From: Felis catus
Lineage: Eukaryota
Reading direction: 5' to 3'
DNA length: 64,000 nucleotides
Assembly (NCBI RefSeq): GCF_018350175.1
Contig: NC_058368.1
Coordinates: 236,160,001 to 236,224,000 of the forward strand
Below the pieces are notes generated by a model that saw only the letters and a list, made by a program, of their open reading frames with translations, had not been told where the DNA came from and searched no databases. Positions 48,268 through 61,532 of the stretch are shown here, in pieces. Position 1 is the stretch's first letter; every line of letters begins with the position of its first letter. The position numbers were made by a program, and so were the translations under genes.

Positions 48268-51200
48268 TACTTACCAGATGTTCTCCTCCATCACCAAGGT
48301 CACGACCTGCAGTGCCCACTTTCTCATACTGTAGGAGGCTGTCCACACCTGGACCAGGACATCTAATTCTGTTCGCCCAGGCCCACTGAGTCCACACTTG
48401 CAGCCAACCATCTCCCACCCACTGGATTTCCTCTGGGTTCTCTACCCCACCCCGCCCGCCACCCCTTTACCGCCTCCTCCATTCACTTCATTATTTGCAC
48501 ACTCCCCCACGCTCTCATCAGAAGCTGTGCGAGCCCCCACTGAGCGCCCTGCAGGCACCAGGTGAAGGGGCTACTGAGAAGGTCTGAGCTCTCCTGAGCC
48601 TTATCTTCTAGGCAAGCAGGAAAGAAAGACGAGAAAAGCATAGTCTCAAGGGAAAGCGGCCAATACTAATGTGTAGATGGTTGGGACAGAGAGTGACTGG
48701 GTGGTTTTCAGAGATCAGGGGCCATGGAAGACCCATCTGGAACACTGACACTGTGAGCTGAGACCTGGGGGCAGATGGGAGGGGGATGGAGAGGGAGCAG
48801 GAGGAATTCTGAAGAAGAGCCGGAGCCCAGCCCACAGGCTGGGGAGGGCCTCTCGTGTCCCGGGGAAGAAGGTGGCCCAGCCCCTGGATAACTGGACCCA
48901 GAGCACAATGTGCCATCATGGCTCCAGGCCAGGACCAGGTCACGACTGGTTCCTGTTCTGGGAGGATCATGCACGGAAGGAAAAGGGAAGTCATTCCAGG
49001 GTGGGGTGGGGTGGGGTGGGGGGTTTCAAACAGGAGAATGACAATGTGAGGTGTACTTCGAAGCTTTTGTTCGGCTTCTGTGGACACGGACGAAGGGGAC
49101 CAATCATGGAGACACCACTTAGGAGCATTTGCTGTCACAGGGACTGAAACATGCCTGCACTTCCTACAAAGTGTTAGCAAACCTTTTCCAACTGTCACTC
49201 AGGAACCTGGGAAAAAAATTAATGAAATCCGGACAATGGAGCCCAGGAATTTTTATTTGCTCTTCTTTGTAAACATGTGATAGAAAATGTATTTTCAAAT
49301 GTTTGTTGTGTTTTAGTAGCTGGCAAAACAGAACAAAACAAAAACTCTCCAGGATTACTTTCTATTTCATTCTAGAAGAGAGTTTCAATTTGGGGCCAAA
49401 AAAAAAAAAAAGTGTGCCTAAAAATCATAATCCTTCAAGAGAGCTGGAAAAATATGAGAAATAACCACGGGCACCACAGAGAGAGGTCCTCACCATCCTA
49501 CACACTGGGAAAAATCTATCTTGTTCTTCAGACATTTCGTTGATTGGTCAATTCACACGATGTTCTTTTTTTGGCTCTTCTCCGTTTTCATGTGCGTGTG
49601 TTACTTGTGACCTGGAAACCTGGGACCTTCGCAGGAGGTGGCCATTGTGATTTTTGCAGTGTGGCCATGATAGAGTTGGTTGGACCAGTGGCAAGATTTC
49701 CTACACTGAGTTCAGAGCATGTATGTATTTTCTAAAGGACTCTCCTACTCTTAACGCTGTGAAAAGTTTCCCTCTACGGACAAGAAGATACAGATCTTAA
49801 TGCAGATAAACCTAACACAATGCCATTTCTTTGTTGAGGACAGTACAATTCTTGTCTTGAGGTGGTTTTCTTCCATGAATGACTTGGCCAACGGACTGAA
49901 GTGGAATTAACTCGATGCCAAATGTCCAACAGGTATATCCACACACGGATGCGTCCGTGAGCTCGGATTCCAGTTAGGATTCAGAAAAGGGATAAACGTT
50001 CCTTCCGCTTATATTTGAGAAGTCCGTGGCATAACCACGATGTTTACATTTACAGCTAATTGTTTCTCAACAAATTCAGCCACGGATTCTGTATCTGTAC
50101 GAGCAACCAAACATTGCTTTTCAACTCATCTCTTTTCCCTTGGCTTAATAAAGAAAAAAACAAAATCTGGCTTGGTCTGCAAAGGAGCTATCTGACAATT
50201 ATGTAGTTAACATTTTTTAAAGACTTAAAAAAAAAAGATAATTCAGGACAGAACGACTTCACTTTGTACTACAAAGTCTTGTGGGCTCTACTATGTTTTT
50301 GTGTCCACATTCAGTTCTTTTGTTTATTTAATCCTTAATTATTTGCACTAGTTTCTTAACCATCCAGCCATCATGAACTTGTCCTTATGTTGATACATCC
50401 TGCCAACTGTTTCACACATGGAGAATATTATTAGGGATGATACTCTAAATTTAAGACACAGCTACAACTGTTTTGTTTTCATTATGTGTGGTAATATCCA
50501 TAAATAGATGCTTCATTGTTGGCACTTACTGGTTTTCTCTCCCCCTGGCATTGCCTAATTATGGCTCTCCCTTGAATAATTTGGCAAATGCTCGTATAGC
50601 ATCTTCAATTAAAAATAAATAAGGTAGAAGAATGTTCTTTCTGTCCTCTTCAGCCTTAAAAAAAAAAAAAATGAATGTTATCCTTCAGATCTATTAAAGG
50701 AACCGTTCCAAATCTACTCCTTCCAATGTAATTTTTCTTAGGGCAAATTAAAAATGTGTGGTATCTAGTCCAAATAAATATTATGCTTTGCAACCCCCAC
50801 ACTTCCCATGGCGTAAACTTCCCAAACGATCGGATCGTACGGTCTTGCTAAGAGAGCAGACTCGGAACACGCGCCCGCCGTCCTGTGCTGCGGCTTACAG
50901 AGCAGAGCATGGGGTCACCCTGGTGCCCGCAGACCCCTCAGCCGTGACGCGGGTCCCCTGACTCCTGTGCCCTCACGGTCCGGTTGTCTGGAGCTCCAGA
51001 ACAGACGGAAACTAACCCAGCCCTTTTGTAAGATGAAGTTTGAAAAGATGGTCCCGTCTGCCCCCCATGTCTCAGTCCATTTGGTGACGCGCTCCAGCAA
51101 AGTGGACAGGGAGGTCATCCGCAGTGCTAACTGGAAGTGTGTTCTGTGAAGTTACATGACTTTTGGCAGACTCAGGGTTTCACCGATGGTTGCCATGAAT

Positions 51201-53048
51201 AGAAAGGCAATACGAGGGATATGGGTAGAAAACTTGAAAAACGTTACATCGTACGGAACCTTTGAACGTTAACAAGCAATAGAATCTAACGGTGCTGGAA
51301 TCTGCAGTAAGAAAAATCAGATGAACGAGGGTGTTTTGTTTTGTTTTGTTTTTAATCTTACAGTGAAAAGAAAACAAAGCAAAATGTCTGAGAAAGTGAG
51401 AGAGAGTGGAATGTAAGAAGGGTTCTGTCCTTTTCTTTCTGAAATGAGATATTCTGGGCACATGTAACCTTTTGTTCAGTTTTCTAATCCCGTCTCTCAT
51501 GTTGCAGTGGGAGTCCTGGTGTTAACGACAGAGAGATCAAAAGGTTCTCCGAATCTGACTCGCAGGAGCCAGAGAGCCCGTCCACACGTACCGTTTCCAT
51601 AATTCCCTCTGCAGCACAGAGCTGTGCTCCTCAGCAAAGCGGCTTTTACCACCCCGCTGCAGTCAAAAGTTCAAGGTGATTAATTCACTTACTAAGTACA
51701 GACTTGATCTGCATTTTGGCATGTCATATAGTGAAGGAGCAGAGGGCCTATGATCACAACAGGCCAGGACCTGCTAAGGCAAGGCTAGAATATTTATCCG
51801 CGTCGTGGGCGAGTTCACTTGTCTCCGGCCTCAGAGGGCCACCAGGCCAAAGTCCCGGGACGCCCAGGTCTCAGGGCAGAGTCAGAGCCTCACCGAGTTT
51901 CCTGGATTACGTGCAGGACGCTCAGTTCGGGGAATCACATTCCCGTGGAGCCATCGACTTAACACAAGTTTCACTTCATCAGAATAAATAAAAGTGGGCC
52001 TAGGAAACTATGGTCCGAGGAATTTAGCAGAAAAGCAAGGATCGGGGAGGGAACAAATAAGTCGAAGTTCGTTAGTTTATCTTTAAAATCAGTTTTCTTT
52101 GCTACTGTTTTGTGATACTGTAGTTTGTCTCAACTCTTTAACTCAAGGTCAAGGTTCCGTCAGTCCCTGATACTGAGGGGACGCATTGACGGCCGCTCCT
52201 TGGCTGCCATATTGCCTGTTGTGTGAAAGGCGGACACTGTTGTGTGACATGATCGTGAAGAAGACCTTGGAAGAGTGCTTGTCCACAAGAGTTACGGACT
52301 TCAATTTCTAAACTCAAGGCGGCTCGCATTTCAAGCTGGATGTTTCTCAGCAATGCCTCAAAGTGTTTTTTAGATGGAGAGGTTTCAAGAGGCATGGAAA
52401 GAGAACGACATTTAGGTCCAAGCAGAGAAGACCGAGATGCTGGTGCCATCTGCTCTCGGATTTGCTCTTGTGTCCTACGATTTTGTTAAACATCATTTGT
52501 TGACATGACATTTGATGAAAAATATTATTACGTTAATGTTTAGCCTTTACCAGCTTTCAAAAATGAAGACCCAATACCATTCCTATGATTACTTATAGGA
52601 CATTTTCAAACAAGTAAATAGTGAAATATGCCATTCTGGTAATAGTAGGATAGATCTTAGCCCCATCCTCACAAACACAGAAATTAAATTTTGTACTGGC
52701 CAAAGAAGGCAAGTATGAACCAATCATTTTATTGTTTCTGTTTATGGACAGGAAAATACACCAGTGGCTGAGATATAAAGAAGGCATCTCTCCAGATCTT
52801 GAAAGATCAGGGAACCAGCCTTGTTTCTACTTGCCGGTGTCCTGTGCCCTCCTCACACCGGCTACCCCCGCATGCCCACTGGTGCTCGGAAGGGAGGCTT
52901 GCGTGGAGTCTAGTTGGCTCCTCCCAGCTCATAGCATCATGCTGCAAGACGTGGGTGGATACACTTGGTTAAGGTCACCGAAGAACAGATTTTACATTTA
53001 AGAAATCAATTATAATGCCCATTTGTGACTATGGAGAAAAGATCATTG

Positions 53049-53471
53049 GAAAGAAAGAGAAGAGGGGAAGGAAGGGGAAAAAAAGGGGAGGAGTAAGAAG
53101 AGAAGAAGGAGAGAGTGAAGTGAGAGGAGGGGACAGAAGGAGAGAAAAAAGAAGGAGAAGGAGAGGAGAAGGAAGAGGAGGAGGAGGAGAAGAACAAAAG
53201 GAGAAAAGAGAATAACAAGAATGAGGAGGAGGAGGAGGAAAAGAAGGAGGAGGAGGGTGAAGAGAAGGAGAAGAAGGAAAGAAGGAGGAGAAGGAGAAGG
53301 AGAAGAGGAGGAGGAGGAAGAGGAGGAAAAGGGGTAGAAGAGGAAGAAGAGGAAGAGAAAGAGGATGAGGAAGAGGAGGAGGAGGAGAAGAAGAAAAAGG
53401 AAGAGGGGCAGAAAGGAGGATGGGGGGAGGATGGGGAAGGGGAGAAGGGACGAGAGACGAGCAGGGGAAAG
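53049..53471. repeat. About 420-bp polypurine (GAG/GAA/AGG) low-complexity tract
   Basis: Almost exclusively A/G on the + strand. Confidence 0.97.
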
Positions 53472-54388
53472 AACCGAAGCTCTTCTATGCCCTGTTGGCC
53501 GTACACTCTGCTCTTGACTCTGGATCGTCGGGTGCTTGGACGCTGGTGACAAGAGCCTACTGTTGCTTCTCCTTCAGTTCACCGAATCCACTACCGATGA
53601 TGTAAGGAACCTGAGGGGATATTCTTTCGATCCCAAAAACAACATTCCGAGTTTTTCTGTGAATGTCTTCGTGAATGAATTTGCAAAGCTTTTGTTTTAA
53701 GGAACAGAATGAACCGCATTGTGTGGACGGTGAACAATTACCCATTATTTTCCTCCTGAATCTGGAATTCTTCCTGGCTTGAGACTGACCGCATTTCACT
53801 TTTACCCAGAAGTTCCATTTCTTAGTCTCTGACTTTCAACAGAAACATTCTTTTGCCCTTTTCCGGTCTTTCTAGTGAGTGATTCCCTTCATCTCCCTCC
53901 ACGTTGTTTCTATAGGTGTTTACATTGGCCTGCCCTCTTCGTGACAGAGAACAACATTCTGCCATTTTGTTGTGGGTTTGGTTTCTGACAGAATTTCTAA
54001 AATGCAATGTCCTCGTCAAGTTTGTGTAAACAACATAATAACCAAAATGATAAGCAACAGGGAAGAAAGGAGAGTGGAAGCCATTTTACTCATCTGGCTG
54101 TCATCTCTAGCAAGGAGCAGGCATGTCGTGGTTCTCTGACTCAGGTGTCCACAAGACCCAGAAACTAAGTAGGAAAAAAAAAATCCGTGTCGAGACTTTT
54201 ATCAAAAAATCTTATTTCCTGTGGATTTTCAGACTGGTTCTTTTTTTTTTCTCAGATAAATCAGTTTATTTAGGAATGATTTGGGGGACAATGTTGCACC
54301 TGTGTGTGCTCTCACCCAGGATCTAGATGTGACACACAGTTTAGTCATTGTAACTCTAAGAAATGAATAAAATGGACATGACGATTGG

Positions 54389-54578
54389 GATTTTTTAAAT
54401 GTTTGTTTACCTTTGAGAGAGAAAGAGACAAAGCGTGAGCCAGGGAGGGGCAGAGAGAGAGGGAGACAGGGGATCCGAAACAGGCTCCAGGCTCCAAGCT
54501 GTCAGCACAGAGCCCAACGTGGGGCTCGAACCCACAAACCGGGAGACCATGACCTGTGCCGAAGTCGAAGGGAGCCCC
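54389..54578 (-). mobile_element. CanSINE with deleted A-box region
   Basis: Body ends gaagtcgaagggagcccc, lacking the gcttaaccgactgagccaccc segment; TSD-like catgacgattgggatttt / catgactgggatttt. Confidence 0.92.
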
Positions 54579-54732
54579 ATGACTGGGATTTTTATAGAAC
54601 CAAAGTACACTACGTTTAATTTCAAGCGTTTCTTGAAGTTCCTGAAAACTTCCTCAACTTGTCCTTCTGGAAATGTGATTGGTAAGCTGTGACGTCAGAA
54701 AGAGAATTCAGTTAAGCATTACCTGTCTACAT

Positions 54733-54953
54733 CAATGGGTCTCGATACAGACAATTTTGACCCCCATCCCCAACCTGGAGACATTTGACAATGTTTGGAG
54801 ACATTTTTGTTTGTCTTAACCAAAAGAGTGTTGCTGGCAGCTTTTGGGTAGGGGCCGGACACGCTGCTTAACATCCTATAATAAACAGGACGGCGTCCAT
54901 AACAAAGAATCACTTGGCCCCAATGTTAAGAGTACGAAAGTTGAGGAACCCTG
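54733..54953 (+). mobile_element. MER20 (hAT-Charlie non-autonomous DNA transposon)
   Basis: caatgggtctc...gacatttgacaatgtttggagacatttttg...gctgcttaacatcctataat...ttgaggaaccctg; length fits MER20. Confidence 0.88.
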
Positions 54954-56899
54954 GATTAGGGTCTTTAGCTGCCCTGGACACTGCTCTCTGACGCTCTAAC
55001 TCTTACTGCTTTGGGGTTTACCAGGATTCTTCACCGAAGTGTGCAGTTTGAAGGAAAGTAAGATGATCTGGATATTTCCTCCAAATTATAGAAATGAAAT
55101 GAGTCACGGAGGAGCAGCTCTAAAAAGACCTTCGATTGCTCTGATGGGTCAGTGCTAGGCAGGAGGTCTGGGTTTGCGCCCCGGACATGTTCCCCCACAA
55201 GAGCTGAAGAATAAGCTGTGCCTCCCACTACCTGACAAATCTCACTTCTTGACCTAGTGCCCACTACCTGTGGCACGCATCTGTGAAACCATGGCGACAG
55301 GATATTCCGCTGATCCTGGGTTCCACATTCTATAGCCCACAGACCTGTGGAAATCATGCAGTGCAAATCCGTAGTCTCTGATCCCATTGTCACATTTATA
55401 AGATGCACACGTGGCTTCAGATTCCTCCACATTTTCTAAGAATCAAGCAGCCTCTAGAGTTTGGCCAAACCGAATTTCTTGGGAGTGCTCTATACGGCAG
55501 CTCTTGGAGTATCTTTTTGACCACACAGAAGCAGTTTTAAATGAGTTATGTCTCAACTCTGACTATTCTACATTGGGTTATATTTAGGAAAAATGTTCTC
55601 CTGATACTCATTTTGAAAAAGTATCTTCTTCGAGATTTTATCCCTCCTCAGAGAGATTTATATGCGCTTGGCCTTCGTGACTGAGATTCCCTGGTGAGCC
55701 CTTCTGAGCTTTATATTCAGAGATTATTGTATTTGCCACATTTACTTTAAATGATGAATTTTTATGTGTCTATTTCCAAAAGCCTTAAAGCAATGGATAG
55801 ACCTTACAGAAATCAAATAAAGAAAACTAAAGAAGGAAAGAAATGTTTTGATGTACTCAATAATCGATAATCTTTACTTTAGGATCTGATCAGAATCACA
55901 AGGGTTGGAAGCTCTTTGGGCAAATACAAACTGTCAGATGGATCATTCCTTGCAACGCTGGTTTCTGTGATATATAAGCAAATAATGCAGGGGCTGTGCT
56001 ACCAGAACTCACTTGTTTGTGGAAAGACAGCATCAGAGGAGATGAAAAGTACTGTAGTCCCCCGCGCTGGCTCAAGTGTGAGCCGTCCCCTAGCTCACGG
56101 ATGGTCTCTTCATGTTGAGTTGCTCTGCTCAAAGGAGCAGAAACTATGTGGCCATTTCTTCGTGGGCAGTTTCCTCCACCATTAAATTGATCATTTCACA
56201 TTGTGAATCCCATTTAGGGTGAAAGTTTTTTGCTGGGTTCACGATATTGTAGAATATTGGGGGTGAGAGAAGGACCATCTACTCTGTGAAATTGCCCCAG
56301 TTGTTAAAATATGGACGCATGGAGTCAGGCAAAGTGTTCCACACTTTGCCGTGGCCAGTGTAGATGGGCTCAGATGGCGTAGACGTCAATAGCGTAGACA
56401 GTGTAAGTGTAGCTATTTTGGAGATGGGCGTGGCAGTATGTTTTAAAAATAAAAACACACGTGTCCTAGGATGCGGTGCCCCATGTTCTACTGCCTTCCT
56501 TGGGGCCACACTGTCATGGGAGGAAGAGCTGTGCAGGAGAATGGCCTCTGAGGAGGAGTCCAAGCATCAACCCACGAGTGGGGAGCCTTGCTGCCATCTC
56601 TGGTTCATCTGTTTATCTCAACTCTCGTGGCCACTCCACCAGCAAGTCTTTTAAAAACTGTAGCAAAAAAAAAAAATTAGCAAAAATAAACCTTAAAAAG
56701 ACTATTTAGCAGATTACAAAAAAAAAAATTAAAGAGATTCAACTACGTGTGCCAGGATGCAACTGTGTCCCCGATAACCTCTCACATCGGGAAAAAGAAT
56801 GGCCGATGGTTTTGTAAAATGGCGATTGGTGAGTTAAAAAGAGGTCTCTATTTTTTCATCCGTGTATCAGCATGTGTATAAATGTGTACTAAGAGTCTG

Positions 56900-57240
56900 G
56901 AAACCAGCCCTCGAACCCAATTACAGCGGCTTCTCCCGAAAGCAACGCTGAGGTGAGATTGGGGTGCTTGTCTGAGCAGAAACCTGGATGATGAGGAACA
57001 AGACACTGCAAAACTTGAGGGAACAGCTTTCCAGGTGGAGGAAACAGCAGGAATAAAGGCCATGGGCAACAAGATGGAAAAAAGACAGCAAGTCACGGAG
57101 GCTTGGATGTCACCTGGCCAACAGAGGCAGTTGGATAGACCAGGCAGCCCGGGCAAGCAGTGCAAGACCGCACGCTGTCTTACGAGTTCTGAGGGCTCAG
57201 TGGGAGAGAGAGCGGTGGCAACACAGAGGACATCCTGAGG
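56900..57240 (-). mobile_element. Probable L2 remnant
   Basis: gggaacagctttccaggtggaggaaacagcaggaataaaggccatggg resembles antisense L2. Confidence 0.55.
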
Positions 57241-59317
57241 GACTTCCATGTGTAAGACGATGGACACGGATGAACACACAAATCCGGGGTTTTCACCTGA
57301 GTATTTGTTCAAGGGCAGTGTCATGTATGGAGGTGGGGCTTGTCGGAGGAGACCAGCATGCACACAGGGGTCTTTTGGGGACCGTGAGTTTTAGCTTCTG
57401 GATACACAGCTAGCTACCTACTCCTGGAACTGGCCAGAGCAGCTGATCCCAGCAGAATGCACCGCCGCATTAACCATTGGGGATAAAGTTTAAAAATTTG
57501 GCAATAAAATAAAATCCAACACTCACATCACCACTTGAATAATAAGATCTACCTGGGTATTTTACTTACTTGTTTGTGTGTTTGTTTTCCTGGTATAATT
57601 ATTTGGACCTCAAAGCACACTAAATACCTCTTCGCTATCTATGAAAAATGACCGTATCCTCTTTGGGGAGATCATTAGTCATTCATATATATTTTAACAC
57701 CTTGAACCATTGTGTTTTCAAAAGGAATGAATGGGAAGCCGCGGTGGGGCATGGAACAAAGATCTTCTTATTGCAAGCTCAGTGGATCTCCAACAATGTT
57801 ATTAATGAATCACCAGGTCCTTCTGGGAGAACAAGAGTACAAGTAGACAAATTAGATACAGAAAACAAGGTAAATAATGTTTTAATTATTTGCAGGGGTT
57901 ACTGTGGATCTGTGCCAGAACCAAACTTGTAATAATACTTTTCGTAAAATAAGCCCAATATTTCATTTGGATTTAATCATAATTGTATACGGATGGTGAT
58001 TAGCCAAAGAGCAATAAAGTTAAATTAAGCACAAGGATTATCAATATTATTAAAGGTAGAAAATTTTTTAAAAATGCCTCCGAAAGAGAAAGAAAACTCT
58101 TACAGTGTGGAGATATATTTCTGATACCTTTGCTGTAAGAGTCTTCATCTTGGAAAATGTCTCATTTTATCTGGAACTCATCGCCACACTCTTTGCCAGA
58201 GCAAGAGGCCAACATTTTTAAAAAAGAAGGATTTAAAATTATGAAAGCATGGAGCTTCATTCTTTCAGGTTGATTCATGATCTTTTTTTTTTTTTTTAAT
58301 TTGATAGCCTATTTGTGGCTTTACAGAAGGGACAGCACATGAATCCAATAAAGATAATCAATCCAGGAGTTTACCCATTCAAAGCGTCAAAACAATATAA
58401 TTATTCTGAAATCACAATTATCCGTTTAGCAAAGTTAATTCCATGGTGAAGACTGAATAAAGATATCCCCTAGTGTGAATTATTCATGATGGTGAAATCC
58501 GCGGGACCCTGAGGGCAAGCTGGCAGCCGGTCCACACCACCGGACACAGACCAAGTGTTGGGGCTGGTGATCAGTGGGTCTAAAACTTGTCTGTCAGGGC
58601 ATTTCTTGTAAAATTCATATGATTTAATAGAACCAGAGTCATTTGGTTCGGAGCAGAAGACACTCGGAACGAAAGAGAAATCAGAAGAGAAAGTCCTGCC
58701 AAGAACCCCCTGGGCTCAGATGCATCTTCCCAAAGGCACGTTTGCCTGCACTGACCTCTCCTTTCCCTTCTGAGGATGCTTCGTCAATAAATCTTGAGAA
58801 TGCACGCATTAGATGTGGCCACACTCCAACAGCAAGGCTTTCTTTTATAAGAAAATGAGCACGAGCGGGTGTTGGGATCTTAATTCTCTGTGTGAAAATT
58901 GCCATATGAGTTTACAGAACGCTCGTGTTTCCTCCCTATGTCCAATTGCCCTGGGTTTCTTTGATTGATGAAAAGTGAAAACAGGCCCTTCATATATGTA
59001 TAAGATGTAAAAGGCGTTACAAGACATGGATTTTTGACTCTCATTTATTTCTTCCAATCTACTTTATGTCTCCCATTAGTACCAAACTTTATGAGCCAGA
59101 ACATTTTCTTAATAATTTCGCTCCATTGTATTCAACATATGTGACTTCTGCACAACTTACTAATTCGCGTCAGGTCAGATCCTAAAACATCGCCGGTTAA
59201 CGATTTGATTTTCTTATATACTAACCATGTCAGGGTATGAGTTTTCTGTAATGTGAGTGCTGTGAAACCCATTGGCAGCTCCTTGAGAGTAATAAGGGAA
59301 AAGGATTCTCTACTTTT

Positions 59318-59349
59318 AACACACACACACTCACACACACACACACACT
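59318..59349. repeat. (CA)n microsatellite
   Basis: Directly visible. Confidence 0.9.
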
Positions 59350-60404
59350 CATCTAGTTGGCCAGAGAAGAAGTACAAAGAGTCATGATAGCCTATGTGCT
59401 AATTGCTGCTACATGCGGGCATCAGAAATAGATCGATAGCTGGATGTCATACTCACGTTGATTTTCACCCGCCAAAAACTAGCAGAGGAAAGGGGCACTG
59501 CGGAAGATAAAACACAGAGATTTACACATCCCAGGATGCTTCCAGAAAGTTTCGTCTTTGAGGTGCCAGTGAAATTATAGAGTATCCGATAAGAGCTCTA
59601 CCTGGTGCTTTCTTTGCCTGATGAGAACCAGCAAAGAGAAAGACAGAAAGATTAAGAAGACCTTAAAATCCATATGACTAAATAAAACTGTCCTTGTTTA
59701 CTAACATCACAGACCGTTACCAGAATAGCCAAGAGCGACAGCAAAGCCCAGAAACAGTGATACATCTTTGCTGTTATGGCATAGATGAGACGTCCGGCAG
59801 CGAAAATGAAGTGAGATGCTCAAATTAAATTAATCCGTGGATAAAACATCAAAAAAAAAAGGTGAAAATCTTCTTGTTCTTAAAGGCTATTCTTGCAGTA
59901 AATAAATCGGGGAGGGAGTTGGTAGTAACTTGCTTTTCCTTCTCCGATTAAGTAACTGCCATTCATACTTTGACCTCTCTCTCTCCTTCTGTCACTCCCT
60001 CTTCCTCTTCTTATTCAAACTTCAGATCCAGCGTCATTTCAACTCTTACTGTACATAGTGGCAAATTCTGAGGATTTATAGCTCCAATGGTCACAGAGTT
60101 TCCCAGAAATAAAAGAAAAACCTTTGCTTTACGAAAATACACTACCTATAACAATACGCAAGTCTTTTTCAAATACGGTGTTTACTTTTGCCACCCTCTT
60201 GGCCTGAAAACTCTTACCCAACATAGTAAAACAAAATAGTGCTTCTTTCACTGGAAAGGGTTTAGATTCTAAAACTGCCTAATTAAGTAGAGTTACTATT
60301 GAACCTTTATTTTGCTGTCAACATTTATGTGCTGTAATATCACTGGCCTTTCCAATCTCTTTCCCGTCTGGGTTCCTTTCAGATGACTCCTTCCTGAAGG
60401 AGAA

Positions 60405-60405
60405 A

Positions 60406-60438
<33 letters not shown>
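60405..60438. repeat. (GA)n microsatellite
   Basis: Directly visible. Confidence 0.9.
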
Positions 60439-61315
60439 AGCTTGAGGGCCCCCTATTATTACAAAATAATGTCTGGTCTTCAAGAAATGTTTCAGTCTGA
60501 AGGGGTAATGGACTGATTCGCCTGAGCGCTCTTTGGGAGTTAGAAGGGTTCTGTGCGATACTGAGAAAGGAAGGAGTGTCACCCTTGAGGAAAATCTGAT
60601 ATTACCACTGAAGTCAGAATTTACAGAACACGGTACGAGATATGGCAAGCTGTTGATTTTTTGTAAAAATAGCCTACCGGGGAGTCCCTGCCCCACCCCC
60701 GACCTTTTGGTCCAGGGTGGATTTAATTATTTTTTCATTTATGGTATGAATAATGCCCATGAAAGAAAAATATTGACTTACATGACATGTGAGTGCTTTC
60801 TTGAAGGCCAAATTGCCCCAGGCGTAATGAAAGGCCACCGGGGTCCCGTGCAGCTCATTCCGAAGATTGCTGTGTCCTGCCTGAGACGGGCAGAACTGAA
60901 ATAGAAAAGACATGGTAGCTACAGAAAGTTCCAATACTTGGCTGATTCCCACATGTCTCTTTGGAAGAGTCACACATATTTTTCCTGTTTTTCGGAAGGT
61001 CTTGGGGCCTTATTCCCTGACCATTACCTGAATTGAATCAGGGACCAGCTCCGGGTGACAGACTGAACCAAGGAAAGCTTGTTGACTTGTTTGTATGCCC
61101 TTTCTTCTGGGAAGGAGCTCCTGGGGACTCAGAGGCCCAAGGCTGATGAGTAGGGTGAGGGCGGCACCCTCTCGTTGTTCAGGTGGGGCTTGCACCAGAT
61201 CTATCACACCGCTGATAGTCCAAAGTGCATGCAGAATAGGAGTCCCATTAAACAATTAATAAAGGAACAAGTTGTACTTTAGACTTACAACGCGCCAGTG
61301 AAAAAATTAATCATC

Positions 61316-61532
61316 GGGGCGCCTGGGTGGCGCAGCGGTTAAGCGTTCGACTTCAGCCAGGTCACGATCTCGCGGTTCGTGGGTTCGAGCCCCGCGTCGG
61401 GCTCTGGGCTGATGGCTCAGAGACTGGAGCCTGTTTCCGGTTCTGTGTCTCCCTCTCTCTCTGCCCCTCCCCCGTTCATGCTCTGTCTCTCTCTGTCCCA
61501 AAAATAAATAAACGTTGAAAAAAAAATTTTTT
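61316..61532 (+). mobile_element. Young CanSINE (SINEC_Fc)
   Basis: CpG-rich cat-type body ending aaataaacgttgaaaaaaaaattttt; perfect TSD aaaaattaatcatc (61302-61315 / 61533-61546). Confidence 0.98.

Noticed and set aside
48608..49198. 196-aa minus-strand ORF, the longest in the track
   Set aside because: Non-ATG start, no recognisable domain, overlaps L2-like and G-run sequence.
53006..53552. Ser/Phe/Leu-rich and Glu/Arg-rich ORFs
   Set aside because: Read-through of a low-complexity purine tract lacking stop codons.
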